Assembly (NCBI GenBank): GCA_043775315.1
Contig: JAYVSO010000010.1
Span: forward strand, 17,631-81,630
Length of the DNA: 64,000 bases
Reading direction: 5' to 3'
DNA from: Verrucomicrobiota bacterium
Lineage (GTDB): Bacteria > Verrucomicrobiota > Verrucomicrobiia > Limisphaerales > CANJSG01
Shown in pieces: positions 8,982 through 18,000 of this stretch; the first letter of the stretch is position 1; every line of letters starts with the position of its first letter. The translations under genes were made by a program, and so were the position numbers. A model generated the notes under the pieces. That model was given only the letters and a program-made list of their open reading frames with translations. It searched no databases and was not told where the DNA came from.

Positions 8982-10340
8982 TTAGAATTTGAATGCGGCA
9001 TCGATCTGGATGCGGTCGATCTTGCTGTTGGAGCCGGCGGGAATCTCGTTGATGGCTTCGATGTTATACCAACCCACGCCGAGGGTGAGCGAGTCGTAGG
9101 GCGAGTAGGAGGCCTTGACGATGTGGCCGCGGTTGTTCGTGCCCGCACGGTAACCTGCGCCCGCGCCGCTGTTCGGGATGCCGGCGCCGCCGTAGAAGGC
9201 GCCGGTGTCGGAGTCGACCAGCTCCTCATACCACGCGTCGGCCTCGAGACTGCGGTAACGGTAGCCGATTTCCCACAGGCCCTTCTTTCCGGACTTGCCG
9301 AAGGTCAGGCCGATGGAATACGCGGTGTTCCGGTCGCTGGCCGCGCCGGGATTCTGCATGAAGTCGCCGCCGAACTTGATCGGGAACGGACCGGCGTAGA
9401 ACGGGAAGGTCTCGAGCGTGTAGGTGACGGAGGCGTCGCCGACATACGAGTTCATGTTGTAGAGCAGCGTGCCGTCGGCCCTGCGGGTGTTGCCGAAGTT
9501 GACGTTGCCGACGGCGGCGTTACCGAGCGACTCGTCGCCCACGATGGCCAGCGCGGCCACGCCGACGCTCGACGTGATCTTCTTGCTCCAGATCGCATCC
9601 CAACGGAGCTGGGCCACGCCGAGCGCCCCGTCCTTGCTGCTGGCGGAGACTTCCTTCAGCACAAAACCGCCGCCGGTGAACTTGATGGTATGTGCGTCGC
9701 TCGGCAGATAGCTGAATGCGCCGGCGAAGCCTTCGGGCGTGTAGTCGGAGTCGAATACGATGTCAGAGAAGACGAAGGGGTTCTCCATCTTGCCCAACGT
9801 CAGGCCGCCCTGGAACTCGCGCGTGTTGATCGGCGACCACTTGGCGTAGGCGAGGTCGATGTAGATGCCCTTCTTGCTGCCGTTGTTGTCGAAGGACTGG
9901 TTGCTGGAGATCGGATTGCTGTTGGCCGTGATACCGCCCTCGGCGTCGCCGGAAGCGAGGCGGAAGCCCACCTCGATGGAGTCCATCAGATTGGCCGTGA
10001 CGCCGAAGCGGAGGCGGTAGCGGAGACGGTTGCGGTCCGCGAGGTCGTCGGGATTGTTCGAGCGGTAGATGCCGTCGAAGCGGCCGCGGAGATCGCCGTT
10101 CAACTTCACGGCGGTGGCCCATTCAGGGAGACCGGACTTCGCCGAATACGCCTTGGTGAAATCCTTGTCCGCCTCGTCACGGAGCGACTGGGCCTCGTCG
10201 ACGGTGAGGACGCCCTTGTCGACGAGCTTGTCGATCAGAGCGTCTGCCGACTGCGCCTGGGCGGAGCTGGCGGTGAAAGCGATGGCGGCGGCGGAAAAGC
10301 CGGCGGCCAAAAGGAGCTTGGAGGATCGTGGTTTGTTCAT
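8982..10340 (-). CDS. Outer-membrane porin, probably phosphate-selective (OprO/OprP-like)
   Basis: Signal peptide MNKPRSSKLLLAAGFSAAAIAFTASSAQA, alternating beta-strand pattern, C-terminal ..AAFKF. It is the first gene of the Pho cluster. Internal ATG chosen because the track start is GTG 23 codons upstream. Confidence 0.6.
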   Translation of the reverse strand: MNKPRSSKLLLAAGFSAAAIAFTASSAQAQSADALIDKLVDKGVLTVDEAQSLRDEADKDFTKAYSAKSGLPEWATAVKLNGDLRGRFDGIYRSNNPDDLADRNRLRYRLRFGVTANLMDSIEVGFRLASGDAEGGITANSNPISSNQSFDNNGSKKGIYIDLAYAKWSPINTREFQGGLTLGKMENPFVFSDIVFDSDYTPEGFAGAFSYLPSDAHTIKFTGGGFVLKEVSASSKDGALGVAQLRWDAIWSKKITSSVGVAALAIVGDESLGNAAVGNVNFGNTRRADGTLLYNMNSYVGDASVTYTLETFPFYAGPFPIKFGGDFMQNPGAASDRNTAYSIGLTFGKSGKKGLWEIGYRYRSLEADAWYEELVDSDTGAFYGGAGIPNSGAGAGYRAGTNNRGHIVKASYSPYDSLTLGVGWYNIEAINEIPAGSNSKIDRIQIDAAFKF

Positions 10341-10389
10341 GTGCGTTGGTGACACGGGTCGTAAACGACAGGTGGAAGCTGGGAGACGT

Positions 10390-10435
10390 TGGTTACGAAC
10401 AAAGGGCACAAGTGTTACAATCCGGTTACGACGTG
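10390..10435 (-). promoter_or_regulatory. Candidate Pho boxes: three GTAAC-core heptamers in 11-bp phase upstream of the porin gene
   Basis: Minus strand reads CGTAACC-ggat-TGTAACA-N15-CGTAACC, with start-to-start spacing of 11 and 22 bp, about 50-90 nt upstream of the porin ATG. Confidence 0.35.
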
Positions 10436-10470
10436 GTTTTCCGCCAAGAACCGCTAATGACCCGCCCCGG

Positions 10471-11331
10471 CTAGGCGCGGCCCATCACCAGTTTCTTTTG
10501 CTTCCTGAACAGGGGCAGCGATTTCGTTTTCGCGACGTGACGCCGCCATTCGGTCGGGGTCATCCCGATGTAGCGCTTGAACATCGAGTTGAAGAGCCCC
10601 AGATGCCGGTAACCGCTTTCCAGGGCCACATGGATGACTTTCGCGTCGGTTTCCCTCAGAAGATCCCTCGCCTTGCGCAGTCGCAGCTCGGTGAGTTTGC
10701 TGCGCATGGAGACCCCGAACTCGTCGCGGAAAAGGCGATTGAGATGGCGCGAACTGCAGCGGCATTGACGCGCGATTTCATCCGGGGAGAGGTTCAGCAG
10801 CTCGCATTCCGGCACTTCCTTGATCAGGAGTCGAAATCGATCCATGGCGCTGGGCACTGCCCCCGCGGGTGGCACGGCCGGGGCATTCGCCATAATGCCG
10901 TCAACCAGCTCCGCGACGATGGCCAGGAGCTGAACCCGTCGGGACACGGTGCTGGTCTGGTCCGCCGCCAACGGATCAAACCGGTTCGCGATGGGATGAT
11001 CATGGGCGAACGTCCAAGCACCGTTCGTCGGCCGGGCGATGGGAGACGAAAGCACCTGGACTTCGTTGAGTGTCAGGACGCCCGACAAGGCGTCGACACG
11101 GAGTCCGAAAAGTCGGCCCCTACACTCGCAAAGCTGGCTTGCACGGATGAATCCCCGACCGGCCGGGGGCACAATAATGGCTGATCCATTGGGCAGATCC
11201 ACGCCGCACTCCGCTCCCATCCAATAACCGAACCCTTCTTCGATACGGAGAAAAAGCCACTCGTCATCGACCGGCACCGACTCTGCGCCGGGGCGCAGGT
11301 GGAATGGGGTCAATGACAGGTGCTGAAGCAT
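10471..11331 (-). CDS. AraC family transcriptional regulator
   Basis: C-terminal double HTH (..SSRHLNRLFRDEFGVS..VIHVALESGYRHLGLFNSMFKRYIGMTPTEWRR). Confidence 0.85.
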   Translation of the reverse strand: MLQHLSLTPFHLRPGAESVPVDDEWLFLRIEEGFGYWMGAECGVDLPNGSAIIVPPAGRGFIRASQLCECRGRLFGLRVDALSGVLTLNEVQVLSSPIARPTNGAWTFAHDHPIANRFDPLAADQTSTVSRRVQLLAIVAELVDGIMANAPAVPPAGAVPSAMDRFRLLIKEVPECELLNLSPDEIARQCRCSSRHLNRLFRDEFGVSMRSKLTELRLRKARDLLRETDAKVIHVALESGYRHLGLFNSMFKRYIGMTPTEWRRHVAKTKSLPLFRKQKKLVMGRA

Positions 11332-11431
11332 CGCCCAACTAACAAAAGGCCCACAGGTGACAACTGAATGGCGGTAGTAGAACGATTCCGTGACATGACG
11401 AACGGGGCGCGCCTCTCAACGGCGACAGCGC

Positions 11432-11854
11432 TTATGGTGCGGCGGCATCGGTCGCCAAGCCGACCTTGGTGATCTCCATCTGCTGGACGATGTCCAGAAC
11501 GTTGACCATGTATTGATAGTCGACTTCGTCCGAGGCTTTGACGACGACCCCGAGCTCCGGATCCGCCGCCTTCATCTGCCTCAACGTTTCTTTGAGCACC
11601 TGAAGCGTCATGGCCTGGTCGTTGAGGAACGTCTGGCCTTTCGCGTCGACGACGATCCTGTTGACCTTGGGTTTGGGTGCGTCGGGATCTGCCGCCGGAG
11701 GCGGCTTTCCGGACGGCAGGAACATCTCCAGGTTGTTCACCATCTGCGGTGTCGTGATGATGAAGATCACGAGAAGCACGAACGCGAGGTCGAGCAGCGG
11801 CGTGATGTTCAGCTCGTTGAGCGTGTGATGAGTTGAACGGGAGGTCTTCTTCAC
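11432..11854 (-). CDS. exbD: Biopolymer transport protein ExbD/TolR
   Basis: LNITPLLDLAFVLLVIFIITTP TM segment plus an ExbD periplasmic domain. GTG start at 11854, 17 nt after the tonB stop. Confidence 0.85.
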   Translation of the reverse strand: MKKTSRSTHHTLNELNITPLLDLAFVLLVIFIITTPQMVNNLEMFLPSGKPPPAADPDAPKPKVNRIVVDAKGQTFLNDQAMTLQVLKETLRQMKAADPELGVVVKASDEVDYQYMVNVLDIVQQMEITKVGLATDAAAP

Positions 11855-11871
11855 GGTTCGTATTCCCGGAT

Positions 11872-12564
11872 TCAGCGGCTGCCAACGGTCTCGGTCAGCG
11901 TCTCGACATCGAATCGGACGACAACTTTCGGGGGGAAGTTCGTCGGGGGAGGACGGTCGACTCCCTTGGCCGAGTCCAGAGCGCCGCGGACTGAGTCGTC
12001 CCACCGGGCGTTGCCGGAACCTTTCTTCCACACGGGGCTGCCGATCTGCCCTGTGCGGTCAACAGCGACTTCGACCTCGGCGGCGAACGTCTCATCCTCA
12101 ATATCCGCGGGCCGGTTCCAACGCGACCGCAGGGCGGTTTCCAGCCGCCCCTTGTAGAGCGCCACCGGGTCCGAACTGGTCTGGACGGCCTTTCCGCCCT
12201 CGAACACGAACGACGGGATGTCCATTGCCGGAGGAGCCACGGCGGGAGGCGCGGCGTTGCCTGCGGCGGGAGGGGGAGCGGCGGCAAGGACGGGTTTTGG
12301 AGCATCCACCTTTGGAGCCTCGGCAACCTTGGGGAGCTCAACCTTGGGCGGTTCTTCCTTGGGCTTCTCGGGTTCCTTGGGTTTCTCGGGCGGTTTCTCC
12401 TTCACCATCTCGACCGCGATTTTCTGGATCTGCTTTCCAAGCAAGCCTTCCTTGGCCGCGAAGTAGGCGAGCGCGAGGACGATGGCCGTGTGGAAGACGA
12501 AAGAAACCCCAAGCATCACTTTCGAGGTGTGCCTCTTCTTTTTCTGGAAATGCCGGGATGCCAT
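11872..12564 (-). CDS. tonB: Energy transducer TonB
   Basis: N-terminal TM, Pro/Lys/Glu-rich spacer (KPPEKPKEPEKPKEEPPKVELPK), and a TonB C-terminal domain. Confidence 0.85.
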   Translation of the reverse strand: MASRHFQKKKRHTSKVMLGVSFVFHTAIVLALAYFAAKEGLLGKQIQKIAVEMVKEKPPEKPKEPEKPKEEPPKVELPKVAEAPKVDAPKPVLAAAPPPAAGNAAPPAVAPPAMDIPSFVFEGGKAVQTSSDPVALYKGRLETALRSRWNRPADIEDETFAAEVEVAVDRTGQIGSPVWKKGSGNARWDDSVRGALDSAKGVDRPPPTNFPPKVVVRFDVETLTETVGSR

Positions 12565-12576
12565 GGATCGGGTTTC

Positions 12577-12990
12577 CTATTTTTTATCCGCCGGCTCGGT
12601 CGCCAGATCGACCTTCACGATGTTGGCCTGCTGGAGGACATCCATCACTTCGCGGATCTTCCGATACTTGGTCTTGCTGTCCCCGCGGACGATGACATTG
12701 AGGTCCGGGTCGTCGGTTCGAAGGCCGATAAGTCCCTCCTGAAGGCCGGCCAGATCCACTTCCTTCTTGTTCAGATACATTTTTCCGCCTGCTTCCACGG
12801 TGACGTAGTTCGCCTTTTTGGGCGGGTCTTTCTGCCTTTTGGAAGCTTCCGGCAAGGTCAGGTCGAGATCGTTGACGATCGGCGTGGTCGTGATGATGAA
12901 GATCACAAGCAGCACGAAGGCTAGATCCAGCAGCGGAGTGATATTGAGCTCGGCCAACGTGTCGTGGCCGCCTTGGGAGCACTTTTTCAT
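12577..12990 (-). CDS. exbD: Biopolymer transport protein ExbD/TolR (second copy)
   Basis: LNITPLLDLAFVLLVIFIITTTP plus an ExbD domain. The ATG at 12990 follows the exbB stop at 13002. Confidence 0.85.
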   Translation of the reverse strand: MKKCSQGGHDTLAELNITPLLDLAFVLLVIFIITTTPIVNDLDLTLPEASKRQKDPPKKANYVTVEAGGKMYLNKKEVDLAGLQEGLIGLRTDDPDLNVIVRGDSKTKYRKIREVMDVLQQANIVKVDLATEPADKK

Positions 12991-13001
12991 CCTGCGCTCC
13001 G

Positions 13002-13904
13002 TCAGTTTCCTTTCGCCAGGAACCGGGACTCGCAATCGGACCGGGTTTCCGATCCGCGGGCCTGAACCAACTGGCTGACGAGCTCGGAGTTGGCCTCCTT
13101 GATCTCGTCAACGAGAGCGCGGTTGTCGACAAAGGCGTGGCCGATGTCGGTCGCGAACCGAATGGCGTATCCGTCGAGCTCCTGGGTGATTCCCCGGATC
13201 ATGGTGACCATGAAGTTGTAGGCGAACATCGCCGGGATCGCGACGAGCAGGCCGATGACCGTGGCGATCAACGCGCCGGCTACGCCGGGGGCCATCGCGG
13301 TCAGGCTGGCGGAGTTCGCCTTGGCCACGCCGGCGAAGGTCTCCATGACGCCCCAAACGGTTCCGAGCAGCCCGATGAAAGGACCGCCCGCAACCGCGGT
13401 GGACAGGACGATCATTCCTTTCTCGAGCGACATCGCCTCAGCGCCCGCGGCCTGCTCCAGGACGACCTTTACCGACTCCATGGACTGGGCGCTGATCTTG
13501 GTGAGTGAAGATTTCGCGAGGACGTCCGTGTGCACGTCGCTGAACTCCTGATTCCCGGCCGCCGCCTTCGGCCGCCGCGACACGTCGACGGGGTTGTTCT
13601 TCAGCTGGTAGATCAGCTCCTCGGCACCGCTGGAATAGAGGTGATATGCCGGGGACCCATCAAACTCGACGCCCCTGCGCTGGATCTCCAGCGGGTCACG
13701 CGTTTCGGCGGAGACCGCCAGAAACTTCTTGGTCATCTTCCGCGCCCGGTAGAGCTGGTAGCCCTTGGTGAGCATGATCGTCCAACTGAACAGCGACAGG
13801 ATCAGGAGACTTCCGATCGTGATCTTCCCCTCAATCGTCGCCTTTTCGAACGCAAACTGAAGCGCGCCGGACGCGAGCAACGGACTTGGTAAAAACGTTT
13901 CCAT
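13002..13904 (-). CDS. exbB: MotA/TolQ/ExbB proton-channel protein
   Basis: GGPFIGLLGTVWGVMETFAGVA signature with three TM helices. The ATG at 13904 is preferred over the track's TTG at 13937. Confidence 0.85.
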   Translation of the reverse strand: METFLPSPLLASGALQFAFEKATIEGKITIGSLLILSLFSWTIMLTKGYQLYRARKMTKKFLAVSAETRDPLEIQRRGVEFDGSPAYHLYSSGAEELIYQLKNNPVDVSRRPKAAAGNQEFSDVHTDVLAKSSLTKISAQSMESVKVVLEQAAGAEAMSLEKGMIVLSTAVAGGPFIGLLGTVWGVMETFAGVAKANSASLTAMAPGVAGALIATVIGLLVAIPAMFAYNFMVTMIRGITQELDGYAIRFATDIGHAFVDNRALVDEIKEANSELVSQLVQARGSETRSDCESRFLAKGN

Positions 13905-14095
13905 ACTATGTCTTTCTATGTCATCTATCTGTTTCAACCAGCGTCGGACGAGTTCCCATCGATGAGTTCGTTAACCGTCCTGGTGCCGAAACCGCCCAGC
14001 AGTTTCACCCAATTCCAAGGCCCAGCTACAGCCGGAAAATGCAACAATTGGGTGACGCCGAAGCGGGGAACATCAACACCCGCTGCCCGTCGACA

Positions 14096-14902
14096 TCACG
14101 GCGGCGCCTGACCGCGAATGGTCGACAGGTGGCGTTCACGCTCGATGTGCAGGAACGCTTCATCTCCGATCATTACGCGCAGATGCTGATCGGCCTGCGA
14201 ACGGGCCTGCCTCCACCTAGAAACAGGTTGGGCGGCCGTGTCATCCGCTTGGGAAGGCGAAGCAACGCCTGCACTTCCATCCCCAATGATGCCAGCGGCA
14301 GTCGCGCGTTCGACAACCGACGCACGACGAGCTTGCCCGGCCAGGGGGGCGACCTCTCGCCGGTCTGTCACAGGGCGCCCGGCAAGGGACGCAGATGGAC
14401 CCAGACCGGATCTCCAACGTGCGTCGTCTCTGGCCGAATCAAACCCCGAGTCCAACCGGGCCTGCGCAATCGCCGCTGGGCGGTCGATTCCAAGCAACTG
14501 ATCCACAAGCCACGCTTGGTCTCGGGCCAGCTTCTCTCGCTCCGAGACAAGCTGGCCCCCCGAACTGTTCTCTCCATCAAGGATTGCCTCCCGCACGGGT
14601 GCGTAGAGTGCCTGCACCTCGGCCCCTATGATGTCGCGCAAGGTTTGTTCAGGACAGCCCACCGCCCGCAAGTTGGCGACGTAGGTCAGAAAGTTGGTCG
14701 ACTCAAGCTGGCTCCAATGGAACTGGCCGGCCTGGGCACGGACAGGCGCAACGATCGATCGATTCGTAGGCTTCAAGAACGTAGACGTGGGCGCCATGGT
14801 TCGCTCCGATCCTCCGCTGCGTTCCGCCCACAGGAACCCGACGACGAAAAGCAATCCGACGTTCCCTGCCGCCAACGCCCAGATGACCCGTCGATTGGTC
14901 AT
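14096..14902 (-). CDS. Hypothetical membrane-anchored protein downstream of TpsA
   Basis: N-terminal TM helix (VIWALAAGNVGLLFVVGFLW). Conserved-looking motif FHWSQLESTNFLTYVANLRAVGCPEQTLRDII. No domain I can name. Confidence 0.6.
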   Translation of the reverse strand: MTNRRVIWALAAGNVGLLFVVGFLWAERSGGSERTMAPTSTFLKPTNRSIVAPVRAQAGQFHWSQLESTNFLTYVANLRAVGCPEQTLRDIIGAEVQALYAPVREAILDGENSSGGQLVSEREKLARDQAWLVDQLLGIDRPAAIAQARLDSGFDSARDDARWRSGLGPSASLAGRPVTDRREVAPLAGQARRASVVERATAAGIIGDGSAGVASPSQADDTAAQPVSRWRQARSQADQHLRVMIGDEAFLHIERERHLSTIRGQAPP

Positions 14903-15021
14903 CGGTCAGACCTCACGGATGGAACGGGCAACGAACCCAGGGTCTGGACGCAATCGGCCCTCCCATTCGTAAACACGAAGCCCGATGAATTCGCCCGGTT
15001 CATGGCCTTGGATTCACACGT

Positions 15022-18000
15022 TCACGAGCGCGGCAAAATCACGGTGACCCGGCTGTTTCGTTTCTTCGTCAGAAGCGGTTTATCCTTCTTCTTCTCATCG
15101 TCGTCCTGCTTTGCCACGGGTTTATCTTTCGGATCCGCCGCCGCTTGAGCTATCGCCTGACTCGCGGTGTTCGCCGATGGGGCTGCGGCCTGGGTGGCTC
15201 CGGTTCCCGTAACAGTTCCCGCAACACTGGCCTGTCCCGGACCGGTGACGACATTGGCATTGATGCTTCCGCCGGCGACGTTGACTGCGCCAACGCCGAC
15301 GATCGTTCCGGAAACGCTTCCGGAATCGGTTTTCACGCTGACGGCACCCTGGCCGATCGCGGTCACGCTAACGTTCTGCTGGGCCTTGATGTTGAGATCG
15401 CCTTGGGCGACGACGAGACCTGTGATGTCCCCGGTGGCGTCGAGATCCACCCTGGCTCCGATCACCCCAGAACCCGTCGCGAAAATGCTTCCGAGATACA
15501 GATACTTCCTGTTTTCAGGGGATTCCGGCTTGGCCGGATCGAAGCCCGGGTTCTTGGTTCCGGCCTGGAGCTTTATGGCCGAGTTCTTGTCCGCTTTGCC
15601 ACTCAGGTCCAACTGCACGAACCCGCCTGAGCCGGCGCGGATGTCACCTTGCGGAGTCTCCACGATGATGTTTCCGAGCCGGGGAACTTCCCCGGGAAGG
15701 GTTTCCGGAAAAGTCGTCGCGAGGACTCCGCTTCCTGGGATGGTCGCGCCGATGAACTGGAGTTCACCGGTAGCGGAATCAACATAGGGCTTGCTGAGGC
15801 GGACGAACCCGCTGCCGCCGGATCCCGCGTCAACAGTGCCGGTGAGCGACTTGATCGCGATGTTGCCCCCGTCGTAGGCCGCGATCCGTGATCCGTTGAT
15901 CTCCACGTTGCCTCCCGCCACGACGGAGATCGCGCCTGCCCCGAGACTGATGATTCCCCTCGGGAGATCGAGGTTTCCGAGCCGTTCCGACGAACCCACG
16001 CTGATCCTCTGGCCGGCAGTGAGACCGATGCTTCCGCCGAACTCCGACAAAACCAGCGACGAAAACATGTCGAACGATTCAACCACCGAAATGCCTATGT
16101 CAGCGCCGCGATGGGTATGGGCGATCAGCGCCGGATTCTGCGACGGACCGTGCGAGATGATGCCTCGGGAAAGACCCAGATCCATCGAGCGCGCCGAAAT
16201 CGAGAGGTTGCCAGGGCCGCCGATCTCGATTCCTTCCAACGGAACCAGCGGGACATCTTCCGAGGCCTTGACCAGTCGATCCAATGTAGCCGCGTCGGCG
16301 AACAACGCCGGGACCGGAGCCGCGGCAAAGTTATCCGGATTGAAGACAAGGATCTGCTGAAGGAGCACCCTGTCGCTGGCCGTCAACTTTCCGGCAACAC
16401 CCAGCGTCCGCGTTTTGGCATTATAGGTGAAGAGCCGCGCCAACGCTGCGACAGAGGAATTGGCCGTGGGGGGCACCCCCTCCTGTTCTGAAGGAATCGA
16501 TGCGCGCTCGAAGACGGTGAAGTCCGGCTCGGGCGTCCCGGGGTCCAATGCCACGAAGCTGTAGTAGTTTCGGCTCGCGATCCTACCCCCTGCGGAGATC
16601 GAGGTCTGGTCCGTGGCCCGAAAGTTCTGGGCCTGGACGCTGCTGTTCAGGATGTCCCGTCCCACCGTTATCGCAACGGGTTTGGACGAGATGAGGTTGA
16701 TGTCCTCCACGGTTCCAGAGACGTCGACCCGGACCGGAACGAGGTCGTATAGATGAAGGGTGTTCCCGCCTCGATCGACGTAGGTGAAGTCGGTGGAAAG
16801 GCTCCACTGTTGTCGCTCCGCGTCGGACAGCAACAGGAACCGCGGATTCCCGGCCGACGTGCTCCGGAGATCGCCACCGGACGTTGTCGTGAGCTCAAGG
16901 TTACCGGTCGGAGACGGGAACAGCGTGATGTTGGCGGCCAGTTGGATGCCCCCTGCTCCGGCTTCGAGTGAAAGTTTTGGTGGGAGTATCAACCCCTGTG
17001 AACTGCCGGATGCGCGCGGGAGTGAATTGCCGGCGATTACGATTCCGTTTCCCGCTTTCAACGAGGCCGAAGCGCCTGCGCCGTAGTCAAAGCGGAACCG
17101 GAAAGGGTTGTTGAGGGCGCTGGAGTTGAAGACCCCATTGGGATTCCTGATCTCCTGGAGCTGGATAGAACGGGTGGCACCCACCGACCAACTGCCATCC
17201 ACTAGGCTCAATGCGAGGGCCCGGCTGGAGGTTCCCGCATCGCCTCCCGCCACGATCGAGCCCGCTCCATTGCGAAGGACATAGTGGCCGACAATGTTTC
17301 CTCCCGCGTTCAAACTGACATCGCCCGCTTCGGCGCCAAACGCTCCCGAACCCGCCTCGGATGCGACGCCGTTGCCTGACGGCGGCGGAAGAAAGGACGT
17401 GATGTTTCCGCCGGCCTTGATGGAAACAGAACCTCCCTTGGCCGTGCTGATGCCTCCCAGGTTTTGATTCACCGAATACCCGGTCCGCCCAAACGTATAC
17501 CCGTTGACACTCGTTCCCGTGTCGACGTTGCCGGCCACGGCCTCGACCGCAACGCGTCCACCGCCCACGGTGCGAATCGCGCCCGAGCCTACTCCGATCG
17601 AATTTCCAGCCAACGCCGAGATCGCCCCGCCTCCGGTTTGAATCGTCGCGTCGCCTGAAAGCGTAAGGCGCCCTTTGCCCGCCTGGAACCCTGATCCGGC
17701 GGCGAAGTTGAACCCGGCGGCCAAGTCCACCGACCAATTCTGCCCACCAAGGATCCTCGATCCCGCCTCAAAAATCAGGTCGTTCCCAGCCTGCAGGGTC
17801 AGCTTCGACTGAAGCTCGTCCTTGCCCGTGCCAGCGGCCAGATCCCAAGTCACGCCCGATCGAAGCGTGATGTTGTTCCGGGCCTGGAGGGTGATGCTGG
17901 AGAACCCGGAAAACGCCGTATCCACGTTAAGCGACAACGTATCGGGCAAAGCGTTGGCCCCGACGAATCCGCCGCTCGCGCCGCCAGATCCGGACCGAGC

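Noticed and set aside
8238-10352. A 704-aa plus-strand ORF, along with similar long ORFs 4289..5734, 6567..8084, 37766..39253, 48439..49650, 49787..50911, 59509..61737 and 62611..63627
   Set aside because: All lie antisense to genes with unmistakable motifs (pstS/porin, pstB, pstC, the kinases, recA, moxR, mdh). Their Arg/Gly/Asp/Val/Leu-rich composition is typical of shadow ORFs in high-GC DNA.
11432-12990. Near-identical TM-coding stretches in the two exbD copies, as a possible recent duplication or recombination substrate
   Set aside because: The similarity is confined to the conserved ExbD TM helix (LNITPLLDLAFVLLVIFIITT), and the rest of the proteins diverge. The exbB-exbD-tonB-exbD layout looks like an ordinary paralog arrangement.
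13886-15148. A 420-aa plus-strand ORF across the exbB promoter, gene 14096..14902 and the tpsA 3' end
   Set aside because: It crosses an AT-rich promoter region and two minus-strand genes, and its Arg/Pro/Ser-rich composition is that of a shadow ORF.
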